Assembly (NCBI GenBank): GCA_051294375.1
Contig: CM119264.1
Span: 8,191,051 to 8,255,050 of the forward strand
Direction: 5' to 3'
Length of the DNA stretch: 64,000 nt
Source of the DNA: Paraspadella gotoi
Lineage: Eukaryota; Animalia; Chaetognatha
Shown here: piece after piece, positions 1-15,168 of the stretch
Layout of the letters: each line of letters opens with the position of its first letter
How positions within the stretch are numbered: the first letter of the stretch is position 1
Program-made: the position numbers and the translations under genes
Notes under the pieces: generated by a model
Told to the model about the DNA's origin: nothing
Seen by the model: only the letters and a program-made list of their open reading frames with translations
Database searches by the model: none

Positions 1-487
1 ACAAAATCTGCAATTGCAATCGTCGAAATCGTCTTCTTCGTAATCATTATTGTTATCGTCGTCGTCGTCGTCGTCGTTTCCTCGATCGCCAGTCGTGCTT
101 TTCCGCTTCCGTGGATAAAGACTCCCGCCGCCATTTGCTTCGAGATCGAGTCTCGACCTCCATTTGGGTCTCAGTCTCGATCCTTCGTCTTCGAATCCGA
201 GTCTCGATCCTCGACTCGAGTCTCTTCCCGTTTCCCTTTCGTTTCGACGCCACAACCAAAGGACTTTGGCGGATCCGTGGCGTCGCGCGGCGTCGTCCAT
301 CACATCGTCGTCGTCGCCGGCGTTGCTTTTCCGCTTTCTGCATTGACGTCGATTCAGATCAACGCCAACGCGCCATTGTTGACGCTCTTTGACGCCGCGA
401 GAGTGCTCGCTATTTTCGCGGCGCCGCCGATAGAGGGACGGGGCGTCGACGACGTCGATGGAAGCGCTGATGTGGGACGGGGAATGG

Positions 488-686
<199 letters not shown>

Positions 687-1906
687 TTACCTTCGAGGCG
701 ATCGTCCCAGATTCGCCTTTTTGACGCGGAAAAAGGAGGAAGAAGAAAAGGAGGAGGAGGAGGAAGAAGAAGAGGAAGAGGGAGAGAGAGAGGGAGAGGA
801 AGAAGGTGGAGGGGAAATAGTTGCGTTTCTGACGGGAGACGAAAACAGGCGCTGATTCGTCGTCGTCGCTGTCGTCGTCGTCGCTGTCGTCGTCGTCCTG
901 TCACCGACAGTTGAGTTGGACGTCGACCTGAAATTCAAAAAAAAAAGTTAATTTACGTCGAAAGAGAAAAACAAAACAACAAGAAACGAAAAATCAAATC
1001 CTTTCACTCAACTTTTACCCTTACATCCAAAACAAAATTATATTTAAATTATTACAATAACTTTACATAATCTTTAAGGTGTTGGTATTTCGTACTTTTA
1101 CTTTTAAAAGGATTTTTATGATTACTGACATCCAATGACTGATCTCTGAAAGTTAGATTGGTGAAAGACTAATCAACCGTCAGTTCGTGACGACGACGCA
1201 AAACTGAGATTTTTCGAGCGGAAATGCGATTTCCAGCGTCGCGTCTCGCGTCACTCACGCCGTTATCGTCGCCACGCCTACTTTCCATTCCGGTCAAACC
1301 GGAAATAATGGACGGGTACAGAATCAAAGGCGGTTAATGCTAGGATCGTGCGACAGTTCGTCGCTTATGTGTCATGTGCTATTAATACTGATTTAATATT
1401 TATTTATGGTTTATGATTTATGCGCGATTGTAAAGCGAGAGTTCGATGGTCATCAACCCTATTGCGAGTCAATTTTAAATTTAAATTTGAATACATTCAA
1501 GTTAAAAAGTTAAGTTAAAAAAGTTTAAAATAATTATGAAAGAGAAAGAGAGAGAGAGTCTGGATATGAACGATTCTCGTTAGGAGGCGCCAGGATTCGC
1601 GACGGGGGAATTTCTACTTTTTTTATGATTAAAATTGTTTTGGTTTTGGTTTCCGCCGCAAGATTCTCTCTGGTCTCTTTTTTTTTCACTCCTCTCCTAT
1701 TCTTCTTTTTTTTCTTAATTAAAACAAAGCCAAAATAACAAAAAATCGGTTATTAACAGGGATAAAGTTTAATATAATTTTCTAAAAGTTAGTTCAACTC
1801 GATTTTTTCCTTCATTCTCTTGTCTCCTTTTTTTGACTCTCTCTGGTTCCTTGTTTGCGTTTTGTTTGTTTTGCTTTCTTCATCGTCTCCCCCAATCTAA
1901 AGCTTT

Positions 1907-1985
<79 letters not shown>

Positions 1986-3149
1986 GGTCCTTGTGGTCGG
2001 CGAGACGCAACATCGTTTTGTCCCTGCATGGAAAATGCATGATTCTGCGCGAAGGCGGGAAACGAGCCAATGGAAGTCCACGGGGAGAGAGAAGAGAAAA
2101 AAGAAAAAGGGTAGAAGGAGAAAAGAATAAAGAGAGAGAGAACAATATTAAGAGGATTATGAAGAGAAGCAAAAAATGAGGCGGCAGAAAAAAATTTATG
2201 GAGGCCGAGAAACTTTCCAACTGGAAAGTGAGAAATTTTCTGAATTTTCTGAATTTAAAAAAAGCCGGAGGGTGACAAACTCGAATTAATTTTAAAATTG
2301 AAAAAATAGAAAAAACCTCATTGGCGTCTTTTTTTTTTAGGTTTTCTTTTTCTTTTATAACTTTTCTCACCTTGGACGTAGATTTAAATTACGCCTAAAA
2401 GTTTATATCTAAAATCGCTCTGATTCTTCGTCTGTTTGTTTCCTTTTTTTTACCTATCAAAATTTCAATTTTTATCCCCGGATATCATTTTATCATAAAA
2501 TAAGAAATCCTAGGAAGAAGAGAGAAACGGGAGAGGATAAAAGCGGCAGCGAGTTCGGCATTGACAGGATAATTCACCGGCAGCGCGGGTGAGGTTCGCC
2601 GGAAAAAGAGCGAATGTTGATGAGGCTGAAGCCGGGACTGCGGCGGGAGCGGCTGAAGCTGCGGCGGGAGCGGTCGAGGCTGCAGCAGAGTCGGAGAGGT
2701 GGGACTCGGAGAGAAACTCAAAGGTGGGCGTTAGAAGAAGAAAAGAGATGATGGAGGAGGTAGAGAGGAAGAGAGGGAGGATGAGGAGGATGAAGGGAGT
2801 GAGGATTAGAAGGAGAGATAGTGAAAAGAATGAAGGGGGGAGGATAGAATATGGTAAAGAAGAATAGAAATAGGAGAGAGAAGGAGCGAGAGAAAAGGAA
2901 TCGAAGAAAGTTGAAGAATAAAAAAATAAAAACGGGAAGCAGTTCTTTATAAAAAAAATGGAGGAAGGAAAGAGGAAAAGGAAACGGAGGAAGAGGAGGA
3001 CTGGGTGGGCGTGGCTGAGATTTCAATCACAATAGATACCAAAAAATGGGGGAAATAAAAGAATAAAAGACGCAACGAATTCCGAGGCCAAAAAGTTATG
3101 GCGCCTGGGGACCCCGCGCGCTTGTGTGTGCATGGTGTAGGATGAAGAG

Positions 3150-3273
<124 letters not shown>

Positions 3274-4172
3274 TTTTTTTCGCTCTCTCTCCCTCTCTCT
3301 AAATTTTTTTCCTCCACTTTTTCGAAGGGAAAGATTAAAGAGTTTTCCGGAAGGGAGAGATTGAAAGAGAGCGAAAGTGGGAGCGAGACCCGGAAGACGC
3401 ATTAATCACGGCTTCCGAGTCACTTTCTAATTAAGGACGGAAGCGGAAAAGAGAGGAATATCGAGGGGAAAGGGGAGGTAAGGATTTTGGGCTCCGGAAC
3501 AAAGAAAAGACATTTAAGGTGAGGTAGAGGCGAAGGTAAGTTCATCGGCGAAGAAACGAGAACTTTCCTTTTTGTTTCTTGAATCGCGATTCGAATTCAG
3601 TCGCACCTTTTGTTTCCTTTATTTTTTAATTTCTTTTGTTTTTGTTTTTGTTCGTTTTATTTTTTTTCACATTTTCTTTCTTGTACCAAATAATTTGAAT
3701 AATTTCAATAACCGTAACTATAAGAGATATAGATTATCGAGCTTGCCGTCTCAGAAATTCTTGACGGATGCTACTGCACCTATAATTTGAATGAAATCAT
3801 TAAAAAACAAATAAAAAAATAAACTCATCAAAAAATCTTATTCAGAAGGAAGAGCAGCGATCAAAAAGAAAGATGCAAGCTGCTGCAGCTTTTGGAATTT
3901 TCTCTCCTCAAGGCAACCAATATTTAAGGCAACTTTTCAATGAGCAAAAAGAGCGGATCGGTCGCTAATTTAAGATTTGATGCAAAGTGATTAATATTTT
4001 CACGTCAGTCTTAACTCAGGACAAGGAAGACCAGTTTAGACAGAATCGGTTCAGGATATTCAGGTTCGGTTGGACAGGATTCCGTTGAGAGTATGAAGAG
4101 AATATTTTTACATATTTTGACTTCAGCTCTGATCTCGATAAAGGAGGGTGTTACGAGAGAGGGTGAGAGAGA

Positions 4173-4220
<48 letters not shown>

Positions 4221-4505
4221 GAGAGAGAGAAAGTTAAAGACGGAATATTAATTAGAAAAAAATTTTAATTTTACGTTCGCGCAAAAAGTTTCGCATTTTT
4301 TAAAAGTTCCTCGATATGAATGGCAAAATAATTCTAAGGATTCTTTACTGATCTGTCAAGGTTAACGTTCTCTCTATTTCGCGGGTGGAAACTAACTTTT
4401 CTTCTGATGACAATTAATTCTTTTCGAAACCTGTCAATTTTCTAAGCAACTCTTTTTTCAAGTTTGGTTGTCATAAAAAGTCCAGGTAAAGATACTCCTC
4501 CCTGC

Positions 4506-4543
<38 letters not shown>

Positions 4544-4835
4544 CATCGTCGTCGTCATGTCACTCTCCGAGCTCCAGTTCGTCAGGTGTTGCCGGGTTTT
4601 TTGGTCATTTGCTTTCCTTCTGTCAATAAATCAGTGGAAACCGAAAGTAATTTTTAACCGAAACAGAGAAACCGAAAAACAAAGGATTGTTGTTCCCAGT
4701 TCTTTTTTGTCGTTGTTGTGGTCCTTGTTGTCTAGGTTAGTGAGTAGTTAGTGTTTTGGTGTTTTTTATAGCTATATAACTCTCTAAAGTATATAATATT
4801 TTTAATATTTCTTCTCTATTTGTTTTTTTTTGTTT

Positions 4836-4836
4836 T

Positions 4837-4928
<92 letters not shown>

Positions 4929-4930
4929 TC
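4836..4930. repeat. (TTTC)n microsatellite (others at ~11575-11660 and 13060-13155)
   Basis: Directly visible. Confidence 0.97.
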
Positions 4931-7900
4931 GTCCTCTCTTTCTTTCTTTGTTTCTTTTTTTTCCTTTTTCCTTTTTCTCTTTAATTTTCTTTTTGTCTTT
5001 TTGTAAAAGAAAAAAAAAGGAAAGAAAACGTGAGCGGCTAGTGAAGAAAAATGATGGCAGGCTTCCAGCGAGAGTCGTTTGTGTTTTGGACAGGCGCAAA
5101 ACAAATGAGAGAGAGAATGAGTGAGAGGGAGAGTGAGTGAGAGAGAGAGAGAGAGGGCAAGGGAGACGGCAAAGAAACTCCCCCACCCGGCAAATGAATT
5201 ATGCTAATTTTCATTCCGCTTTTTACTTCCGATAAAAAATCTTGATTTCATTACCGAAAGAAAGACACCAGAGATGNNNNNNNNNNNNNNNNNNNNNNNN
5301 NAAACGGAGAGGACGATCGGTCCTTCTCAACCCTCCTCCCACAGTTTCAACTATTGTTGATGTCTAAATTGTCATTACAATTTCTACTCCTTTTCAACTT
5401 CGAGTTTCTACTGTTTTTTGTTGTTTTTTTTTTCTTATCCAATTTTTCGTCAGGATTCCGTTTTCTTTTTCTCTCTTCGCGTTTTCCATTTCGCTTTTTC
5501 GCTTCGGCCCCCCCCGACCCGAATTTCTTCTTCTTTTACCCAGTATTCTTGATATTATTTTGATATTTTTTATTATATTTTAAAATATCGTGATTCGTTT
5601 TCAGCAACAGTTTTTATAAGGAATTAATTAGAAGAAGGAAGAATAAAACAAGAAGAAAGAAAGAATGAATGAAGAAAAAGAAAATGAAAAGAAAGAAAGA
5701 AGAAAGAAAGAAGAAAGAAAGAAAAAGTAAAAAAGAAAGAAAAGAAAGAAAGAAAGAAAGAAGAAAGAAAGAAAAAGAGAGAGGAGAGCAAAGAAAAATA
5801 GAGTTAGACAAAAAGATATATAAGTGAGATATAGAGAAGAGAGTGAGACCGAGAGACAGAGACAAGGAGACATAGAAAGACAGAGACTGAGAGAAAGAGA
5901 CTGAGAGACAAACAGACAGAACAATTACGCCCCGTTCTGCGGATTCGAGTTAATCATCTTTCTCGGTCCACTCATTCTCTCGTGTCGAGATTTATTTTCG
6001 TCTCTCTCTCTCTCTCTCTCTCTCATCTCCTTGTTATTTCAAAATCCTCCACAGACTTATCAACTTTTTTCTTTTCGTCGTCGATTCGTATTTTTATCCG
6101 ACCGGTCTCCGTCGCCATTATGCAAATTTTATTGGCTCCAACCATAAACAGGGTCGCCGGCATAAAAAGAACATCATCAACGAAGGTTGCCATGGGGACC
6201 GGATAGATAGAGAGGAAGATGATGACGACGGACGACGACGACGACGATGGAGTATAGACTGAATCGTTAAAACGTATCGGTCATCGCCGTCAATGTGGAG
6301 TCGCCCGAGGGAGGAGGAGGAGGAGGAGGAGGTGATGGGGCAGAAGGAGGCTGGAGTGAGACCCCGACGATTTTCCCCATCACTCGTTGATGGAGAAGAC
6401 GATGATGACGACGAAAATATGACACCGACAACAACGTTATTGATATAAAGTATTGAAAAGAAGTTGGAAAGAATTCATTTTGCTTTGGAGAAAAGAAGCG
6501 AAGACGACGACGACGACGACGATGACGACGAGAGAGAAACTTAAAGAGTCGGAACTCCAATCACTGTCATTTGTTTTTGTTTTAATGTTTGATTTATCTT
6601 TTTACATAATTATTTGTTTTATTTATGTATTCCTTTGAGTTATTTCAGGTTCCCTTCTTTACTCTTAACTACGACTAACGTGACAACAATTTTTTCCATC
6701 TTCCTTTAACGTGACATCAATTTTGCCATCTTCCTTTAACGTGACATCAATTTTTGCCATCTTCTTTTAACGTGACATCAATTTTGGCCATCTTCCTTTA
6801 AACGTGACATCAATTTTGCCATCTTCTCTTTAACGTAAATATTTATTTAGATGCCATGTTCGTTCTTGGCCATTTTCACTGCGTGTCATCTCCTACTTTC
6901 CCTTTTGCCATAACCTCTCTTTTTTTACCACTTCTCCTTTTCTTCTTTTCTCCCGAATAAGTTGTGATGAGGTGTATACGTATTCCAAAAAATTTCAGAC
7001 TTTTTTTCGATCTTCTGGGCTCTTGTCTTTCTCGTCCTTTTGTGCCTTCTCTTTCTGTTCGCCTCAACTCACCCCCTTTGTCCTTCTAGATCTTATTTAC
7101 ATCCTCTTTGTCTTCCTTGTCTTCTTTCCATCGTTTACCTCCGCTTCTATTTGTCCTCGTTTTCTCATCATCTTTCGTATTCATTGTTCCTCCTCATTTC
7201 ATGGTTTTCTTTGTCCTTCCATTCTCCCCATCTCCTCGCTTTCTTTGTTCCTTTCCCTCATCCTCTTCATTCGTCTTTCTTTGTCCTCATCTTCATCTTT
7301 CCCGATCTCCTTGTCCTCCAATTAAGTTTCTCCTCTTCATCTCAAACATCCTGCGCTTTCATTTTTTTTAATCGTTTCTTTTCTCATCTGTCATTTAATT
7401 TTTATTCTCGACTATATAGTAAGAATTTGCAAACTAATCGTCCCATACAACTTGCGCAAGTTAATAGCAAGGCAAACAACAACGGAAGAAAAACGAAAAT
7501 CTGATTGATGTGATTTTGGTCTACTTTTTTTAAAGTCATTTTTAGTACTACTACATATCTGAAAAAAGTAGCCACTAGTTTAGCTTTAAATACATTATTA
7601 TTTCTTTTTAACTATGATTGGTGGCAAGAAAAATTTGAATTGGTTTTAACTAGTAGGTTTTCTTTTCTTTATTATTATAATTAATAACCGATATAATGGC
7701 GTATGAATGCATCAAATGTTTAAGTGAATATCATTTTTTGGAATGCGGCAGAGCTTCAGATTCTGATTTGTACCATTTTGGCTATTTTGAAGGTTGATGT
7801 TGAAATGACCCTTTTTCTTAAGTCAGAGTCCTCAAAATGAATTGGAAAAAGTGATTTCCAATAGGTAAGTGTTGATGACTCTTCTTTTTCTGACGGATGT

Positions 7901-8109
7901 TTACAATATAGTATTGACAAATCATAATGGAAATTAAATATATAAAAGGGTTGACAATAAATTTCTTTCCTTTTTTATAAAAATTACTTTTTTAATTGCT
8001 GCCAAATATTCTATTTTAATAATAAATATGAAACAATATATCTTTTTTTGTTGGTCTCTCTCCTTCTCGCTTTCTCTCTCTCTCTCTCTCTCCTCTCTCT
8101 CGTCTCTCT

Positions 8110-8162
<53 letters not shown>

Positions 8163-8627
8163 CCTCTCTCCCTTGAAATCCAATCTTTCGAATTATCCCA
8201 CATTAATTTATTTCCCATTCTTTCCTTTTTATTCTTCCATTTCCTTTTTTATTCCCTTTCATCCTCCCATTTCTTTTTTCTTTTCTTTACTTTTTCATTC
8301 CATCTTTTCTTTTCTTTTCCTTTCTTTTTCTTTTCTTTTCATTTATTTTCTTTTTATGAATCAAACTGCGGTTTTGAGCCCAAAATAACGTCAAGACTTC
8401 TGAATCTTTTATTTCCTGTGATTTATGGATATTATTTGTTCGAACTCTTATTTCGATTACTTTGAAACAAATTATTTAAAAAATAGGGAAAAACAAAATT
8501 CACAATGATGGTTTTAAACCTGAAAATTTTACTAATTCTATTTAGACAATGTTGAAACTACTAGTATATTTATTAACTAATAAAACATATCCAGTGTAGA
8601 GGCATCTTATCGAATAATCCCTAAAGT

Positions 8628-8733
<106 letters not shown>

Positions 8734-9978
8734 GCATTATTCGACTATTATTCGGATAAGATGCCTCTACACTGGATATGTTTTATTAGTTAATAAATAT
8801 ACTAGTAGTTTCAACATTGTCGTAAATAGAATTAGAAAATTTTCATGTTTAAAACCATCATTGTGAATTTTGTTTTTCCCTATTTTTTAAATTAATTTGT
8901 TTCAAAGTAATCGAAATAAGAGTTCGAACAAATAAATATCCATAAATCACAGGAAATAAAAGATTCAGAAGTCTTGACGTTTTTTTGGGCTCAAAACCGC
9001 ATTTGATTCATAAAAAGAAAATAAATGAAAAGAAAAGAAAAAAAGGAAAAGAAAAGAAAAGAGGAATGAAAAAGTAAAGAAAAGAAAAAAGAAAATGGAG
9101 GATGAGAAGGGAATAAAAAAGGAAATGGAAGAATAAAAGGAAAGAATGGGGAAATAAATTAATGTGGGATAATTCGAAAGATTGGAATTTCAAAAAGGAG
9201 AAGGAGAGAGGAGAGAGAGATGAGAGAGAGAGAGAGAGAGAGAGAAGAGAGAGAGAGAAGAGGAGAGAGAGAGAGAGAGGAGAGAGAGAGAGGAGAGAAA
9301 GCGAGAGGAGAGAGACCAACAAAAAAAGATATATTGTTTTCAGTATTTATTATTAAAATAGAATATTTGGCAGCAATTAAAAAAGTATTTTTATAAAAAA
9401 GGAAAGCAAATTTATTGTCAACCCTTTTATATATTTAATTCCATTATGATTTTGTCAATACTATATTGTAAACATCCGTCAGAAAAAGAAGAGTCATCAA
9501 CACTTACCTTTGGAAATCACTTTTTCCCAATTCCATTTTGAGACTCTGACTTAAGAAAAAGGGTCATTCACATCAACTTCAAAATAGGCCAAAATGGTAC
9601 AAATTCAGAAATCTGAGCTCCTGCCGATTCCAAAAATGTATTCACTTTAAACATTTGATGCATTCTACGCCATTTTATATCGGTTTTAATTATAATATAA
9701 AAGAAAAGAAACCTACTAGTTAAACCAATTCAAATTTTTCTTGCACCAATCATAGTTAAAAAAGAAATAATAATGTATTTAAAGCTAACTAGTGGCTACT
9801 TTTTTTCAGTGTAGTAGTACTAAAAAATGAACTTTAAAAAAGTAGACCAAAATCAATCAATCAGATTTTCGTTTTTCTTCGGTTGTTGTTTGCCTTGCCT
9901 ATTAACTGCCAAGTGTATGGGACGATTAGTTTGCAAATTCTTACTATATAGTCGAGAATATAAAAATTAAAATGACAG

Positions 9979-10700
9979 ATGAGAAAAGAAACGATAAAAA
10001 AAATGAAGCGCAGGATGTTTGAGATGAAGAGGAAACTTAATTGGAGGACAAGGAGATCGGGAAAGATGAAGATGAGGACAAAGAAGACGAAGAAGAGGAT
10101 GAGGAGAAGGACAAAGAAAGCGAGGAAGAGGTGGAGAATGAGAAGGACAAAGAAAACCATGAGAATGAGGAGGACAATGAATACGAAGATGATGAGAAAA
10201 ACGAGGACAAATAGAAGCGAGGTAAACGATGAAAAAGAAGACAAGGAAGACAAAGAGGATGTAAAAAGATCTAGAAGGACAAAGGGGTGAGTTGAGGCGA
10301 ACAGAAAGAGAAGGACAAAAAGGACGAGAAAGGACAAGAGCCCAGAAGATCGAAAAAAAGTCTGAAATTTTTTTGGAATACGTATCACCTCATCACAACT
10401 TATTCGGGGAGAAAAGGAAGAAAAGGGAGAAGTGGTAAAAAAGAGAGGTTATGGCAAAAGGGGAAAAGTAGGAGATGACACGCAGTGAAAATGGCCAAGA
10501 AACGAACATGGCATCTAAATAATATTTACGTTAAAGGAAGATGGCAAAATTGATGTCACGTTAAAGGAAGATGGCAAAATTGATGTCACGTTAAAGGAAG
10601 ATGGCAAAATTGATGTCACGTTAAAGGAAGATGGCAAAATTGATGTCACGTTAAAGGAAGATGGAAAAAATTGTTGTCACGTTAGTCGTAGTTAAGAGAA
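9979..10700 (+). CDS. Possible acidic (Glu/Asp/Lys-rich) terminal exon ending in a TLKEDGKIDV decapeptide repeat; frame broken by indels (mirror copy ~6660-7368, - strand)
   Basis: Acceptor-like TGACAG at ~9978, then a long GAR/GAY/AAR-rich run (DEDEDKEDEEEDEEKDKESEEEVENEKDKENHENEEDNEYEDDEK). The downstream 30-bp repeat is in frame. Frameshifts fall at different places in the two arms. Confidence 0.4.
10528..10682 (+). repeat. 30-bp tandem repeat, ~5 copies (TTAAAGGAAGATGGCAAAATTGATGTCACG)
   Basis: Four identical units at 10531, 10561, 10591 and 10621 plus a variant at 10651. Noisy mirror copy at ~6678-6835. Confidence 0.95.
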
Positions 10701-11578
10701 AAGGGGAACCTGAAATAACTCAAAGGAATACATAAATAAACAAATAATTATGTAAAAAGATAAATCAAACATAAAAACAAAAACAAATGACAGTGATTGG
10801 AGTTCCGACTCTTTAAGTTTCTCTCGTCGTCGTCATCGTCGTCGTCGTCGTCGTCTTCGCTTCTTTTCTCCAAAAGCAAAATGATTCTTTCCAACTTCTT
10901 TTCAATACTTTTATCAATAACGTTGTTGTCGGTGTCATTTTCGTCGTCATCATCGTCTTCTCCATCAACGAGTGATGGGGAAAATCGTCGGGGTCTCACT
11001 CCAGCCTCCTTCTGCCATCACCTCCTCCTCCTCCTCCTCCTCCCTCGGGCGACTCCACATTGACGGCGATGACCCGATACGTTTTAACGTCGTCTATCTC
11101 ATCGTCGTCGTCGTCGTCGTCGTCATCATCTTCCTCTCTATCTATCCGGTCCCCATGGCAACCGTCGTTGATGATGTTCTTTTTATGCCGGCGACCCTGT
11201 TTATGGGTTGGAGCCAATAAAATTTGCATAATGGCGACGGAGACCGTCGGGATAAAAATACAGAATCGACGGACGAAAAAGAAAAAAGTTGATAAGTCTG
11301 TGGAGGATTTTGAAATAACAAGGAGATGAGAGAGAGAGAGAGAGAGAGACGAAAATAAATCTCGACACGAGAGAATGAGTGGACCGAGAAAAGTGATTAA
11401 CTCGAATCCGGCAGAACGGGCGTAATTGTTCTGTCTGTTTGTCTCTCAGTCTCTTTCTCTCAGTCTCTGTCTTTCTATGTCTCTTTGTCTCTGTCTCTCG
11501 GTCTCACTCTCTTTCTCTATATCTCACTTATATATCTTTTTGTCTAACTCTATTTTTCTTTTGCTCTCTCTCTCTTTT

Positions 11579-11654
<76 letters not shown>

Positions 11655-12563
11655 TCATTTTTTTTCTTTCTTTCATTCATTCTTTCTTTCTTCTTGTTTT
11701 ATTTCTTTCCTTCTTCTAATTAATTCCTTATAAAAACTGTCTGAAAACGAATCACGATATTTTTAAAAATATAATAAAAAATATCAAGAATAATATCAAG
11801 AATACTGGTAAAAGAAGAAGAAATTGGGCCGAGAGCGAAAAGCGAAATGGAAAACGCGAGAGAGAAAAAGAAAACGGAATCCTGACGAAAATTGGATAAG
11901 AAAAAAAAACAACAAAAAACAGTAGAACTCGAAGTGAAAAGGAGAAATTGTAATGACTAAATTTAGACATCAGACAATATTGAAAAACTGTGGGGAGGAG
12001 GGGGTTGAGAAGGAAGCGAGAGAATATTTTGAATTTTAGAATTAGAAACGAAAATAAGAAAAAAGTTAATCGAATTTGGTGAAAAGAGTTTTTCACGTCT
12101 GAAGGAAGAATCCAAAAATATTCCGATTTCGCCCAATTTTCTTTTTTTTTTTTTTGGTTCGAATTTCGGGGACGAAAATTGGAAAAATGGAGAAAAGGAA
12201 AGAATTGGAAAGTCACCGGCCGTGAATTGTGAATTCGTGAGTCCGTGAATCGGAAGGTTGGGGGGAAGAAAAAAGAGTTTCTTAACCTTTTGACATCGAG
12301 GGTTTACTGAGAGTTTAATATTTTCACAAAAAAGTAAATGAAAAATCGTTCGGGAAAATTAGTAGCGATTTACGATTTCTCTTCCTTCATTTCAGTTATA
12401 TTATAATAATATAATATAATAATATAATATAATATAATCTTATATTTTTTTGGGAAGAGTATCAGTGAATAATAATTTAAGTTAACTTAATATATAATAC
12501 CACTTGAAAAAATTATTTCAAATAAATCTACATCGATTTCTTCCTCTCTCTCTCTCGCTCTCG

Positions 12564-12608
<45 letters not shown>

Positions 12609-12914
12609 CCCTTAATGATTAACTGAAGAGAGTGATTTCCTCTTCCCTCCGCCGAAGGACACAGAACAAAATTCTTTTAATCTGTCTCTCTCTCACTCTC
12701 TCATCCATTATTCACAAAAACCTTATTAATGACTCAGATTCTTTTCTTTTTAAACACACATTTTTAAAAATTTTAAAGCCCCATTTTTTCTTTTGTATAT
12801 TTATCATCTCATGTTAAATCTAATGTTACATAGTCGATTGGTCGGTTGGTTTTTCGTTTCTTTCGTCGAAATTTATTTTTTTCCGATTTCCTTTGAAACT
12901 TTTTGGCTTCGGCG

Positions 12915-12980
12915 TCCGACGTCGCCGAGCAACAGAGTCACGCCCACGAACCCGAACAATGGGGGCCGCCATTTTGAATT
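12915..12980. promoter_or_regulatory. Promoter-like element: RFX X-box-like and YY1 motifs
   Basis: GTCGCCGAGCAAC (12921-12933) fits GTNRCC(N0-3)RGYAAC, and GCCGCCATTTTG (12965-12976) is a YY1 consensus. Short GC island in AT-rich DNA. Confidence 0.35.
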
Positions 12981-13057
12981 TTTTAGACTAAACGAATAAA
13001 TGAACAGCAAAGGGGAAGTAAGGGAACTTGAGTCGGGGTTCTTGTTTTTGTTTATCC

Positions 13058-13154
<97 letters not shown>

Positions 13155-13288
13155 TATATTTACATACTTCTTTTCTTTTCTTTTCTGTCACTTTCTCCGG
13201 CACTTTATTTCTTTCATTCTTTCTTTCAACTGTTATCGTCTCCATCTTGTCGCAATTTCCGCTCCGAGAGTCAGTAAACAAATTGACG

Positions 13289-13370
<82 letters not shown>

Positions 13371-13587
13371 TCCGATGTCTTTTGTTTTCTGTCTCATTTT
13401 TTTTGGTTGGCCTTAATTTCCTGGCTTTTACTTTAGAGTTAATTTCCCGGTCTGTGTTTTTGCCTCAGTCTTTGTCAGTCTTCGACTGTCATCTTCGACT
13501 TTGTCTTTCTTTTCAACTTTGGTTATTTTTTTTCTTAGGCTCTCATCATTGACACTGGACTATGTCGTTATCCGTCCGAGAGATAGA

Positions 13588-13677
<90 letters not shown>

Positions 13678-13784
13678 ACGATGGTGGCTCTTCTCTGTTT
13701 AACGTTTTTCTATTTTTGGAACCTTTTAAAACCGGAGGCAGAAAAGGAGGGAAAGTCCTTGATTAAAGAGAGAGCAGAACACAG

Positions 13785-13894
<110 letters not shown>

Positions 13895-14493
13895 ATTTCT
13901 CAAGCTCCATCCCAGTTTACTTAAGAGCGACCGTTCGCGTTTAACCATTCCCTTTAACGATGTTGATCAACACTTTTGTCGTTGTCTTTTTCATCTTTGA
14001 CGTTATATTGTTTGTTGTTGTTATTGTTTTCGTCTCGTTCCCCGCTCCTCGTCATGGTTGACTTTGTTCGCGGTTCACTTTGTCCTCGGTGTCGTCGTCG
14101 TTGTTCCCTTTCGCCATTGTCGTCGTCGTCATCGTCTTTTTTTTGTCGTCGTCATCGTTGTTCCCTTAGTCGTCGTTATCGTCATCGTTGCGTTCGTCGT
14201 CGTCGTCGTAATTGTCGTCTTCTTCGTCGTCCACTAATGAGGCCCCACTCGGATGAGACTTTGAATCGACGGAGGAAACGGAATCGTTTGTCATGTCAGA
14301 GACAGAGTCTGTGGGGGGAAGGAGGGGGAGAGAGGGAGAGAGGGAGAGAGAGAGAGAGGGAGAGAGAGGGAGAGGGAAAGGGGAGGATAAAGGATAATCA
14401 TAAAGTCGGCAGCAAATGAAGGAGGGAAGCTGAAAGTGAGGTAAGTCGATGCCAAAGAGACTTAAATAGACTTTGACGACGTCGACGGTCGTC

Positions 14494-14567
14494 GTCTCGA
14501 TGGCAGAAGGCGGTGAATCGAGTCGTTATGAGGTTGAGGTCGCGGGTTCGATCCCAAGCGAACCCAA
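14494..14567 (+). repeat. Degenerate tRNA-like sequence (possible tRNA-derived SINE head or tRNA pseudogene)
   Basis: A-box-like TGGCAGAAGGCGG (14501) and B-box GGTTCGATCCC (14545) at tRNA-like spacing. Acceptor and T stems do not pair fully. Confidence 0.35.
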
Positions 14568-15054
14568 GAATTGTAAATGATAATACAACTATCTAAGGTC
14601 GGATACAGCACGATAATATATATGCTATACTATACTCTATTATACATAACGGATGAGGGCCGAGATGAAGACAGGAGTTTACTTTGCCGGCGACGAAGTC
14701 GTGGCTTCTTCTGCAGATGGTTGAGAAGACGCCGATGAAACACGGCGTGGAATAGCGAAGGGGAATGGTAAAAAAAATTATTTCTGCTGTACGAAGAAGA
14801 AAATGCTTTAAGATGCGGCAGGATGCGGCAAAGTGGGACTCGAAAAACTTAAAGTCCCCAACACCAACAATTTTTTTCGTCTTACCTCTCTCTAAGTTTC
14901 ACACTCACTCTTATCCCGTTTCCTCCTCCTCTTCCTCCTCTTCCTCCTCTTTCTTTCTGACGCCTCTCCTTTTCGCGGGGAGGCAGGTTTTAGCACCTGA
15001 GTTAATTACGCAATCCATGGCAGAAAAGAGAGAGAGCGACCGGAAAGGGGGGAG

Positions 15055-15168
<114 letters not shown>

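Noticed and set aside
2485-2721. Pro/Gln-rich minus-strand ORF, and a similar isolated Asp-rich frame at ~27340-27590
   Set aside because: Possibly exons, but there are no recognisable motifs or partner exons to support a call.
10528-10682. 30-bp repeat as a CRISPR array
   Set aside because: The units are contiguous with no spacers, there are no cas genes, and the context is eukaryotic.
14494-14567. Functional tRNA gene
   Set aside because: The acceptor and T stems do not pair; kept only as a tRNA-like remnant.
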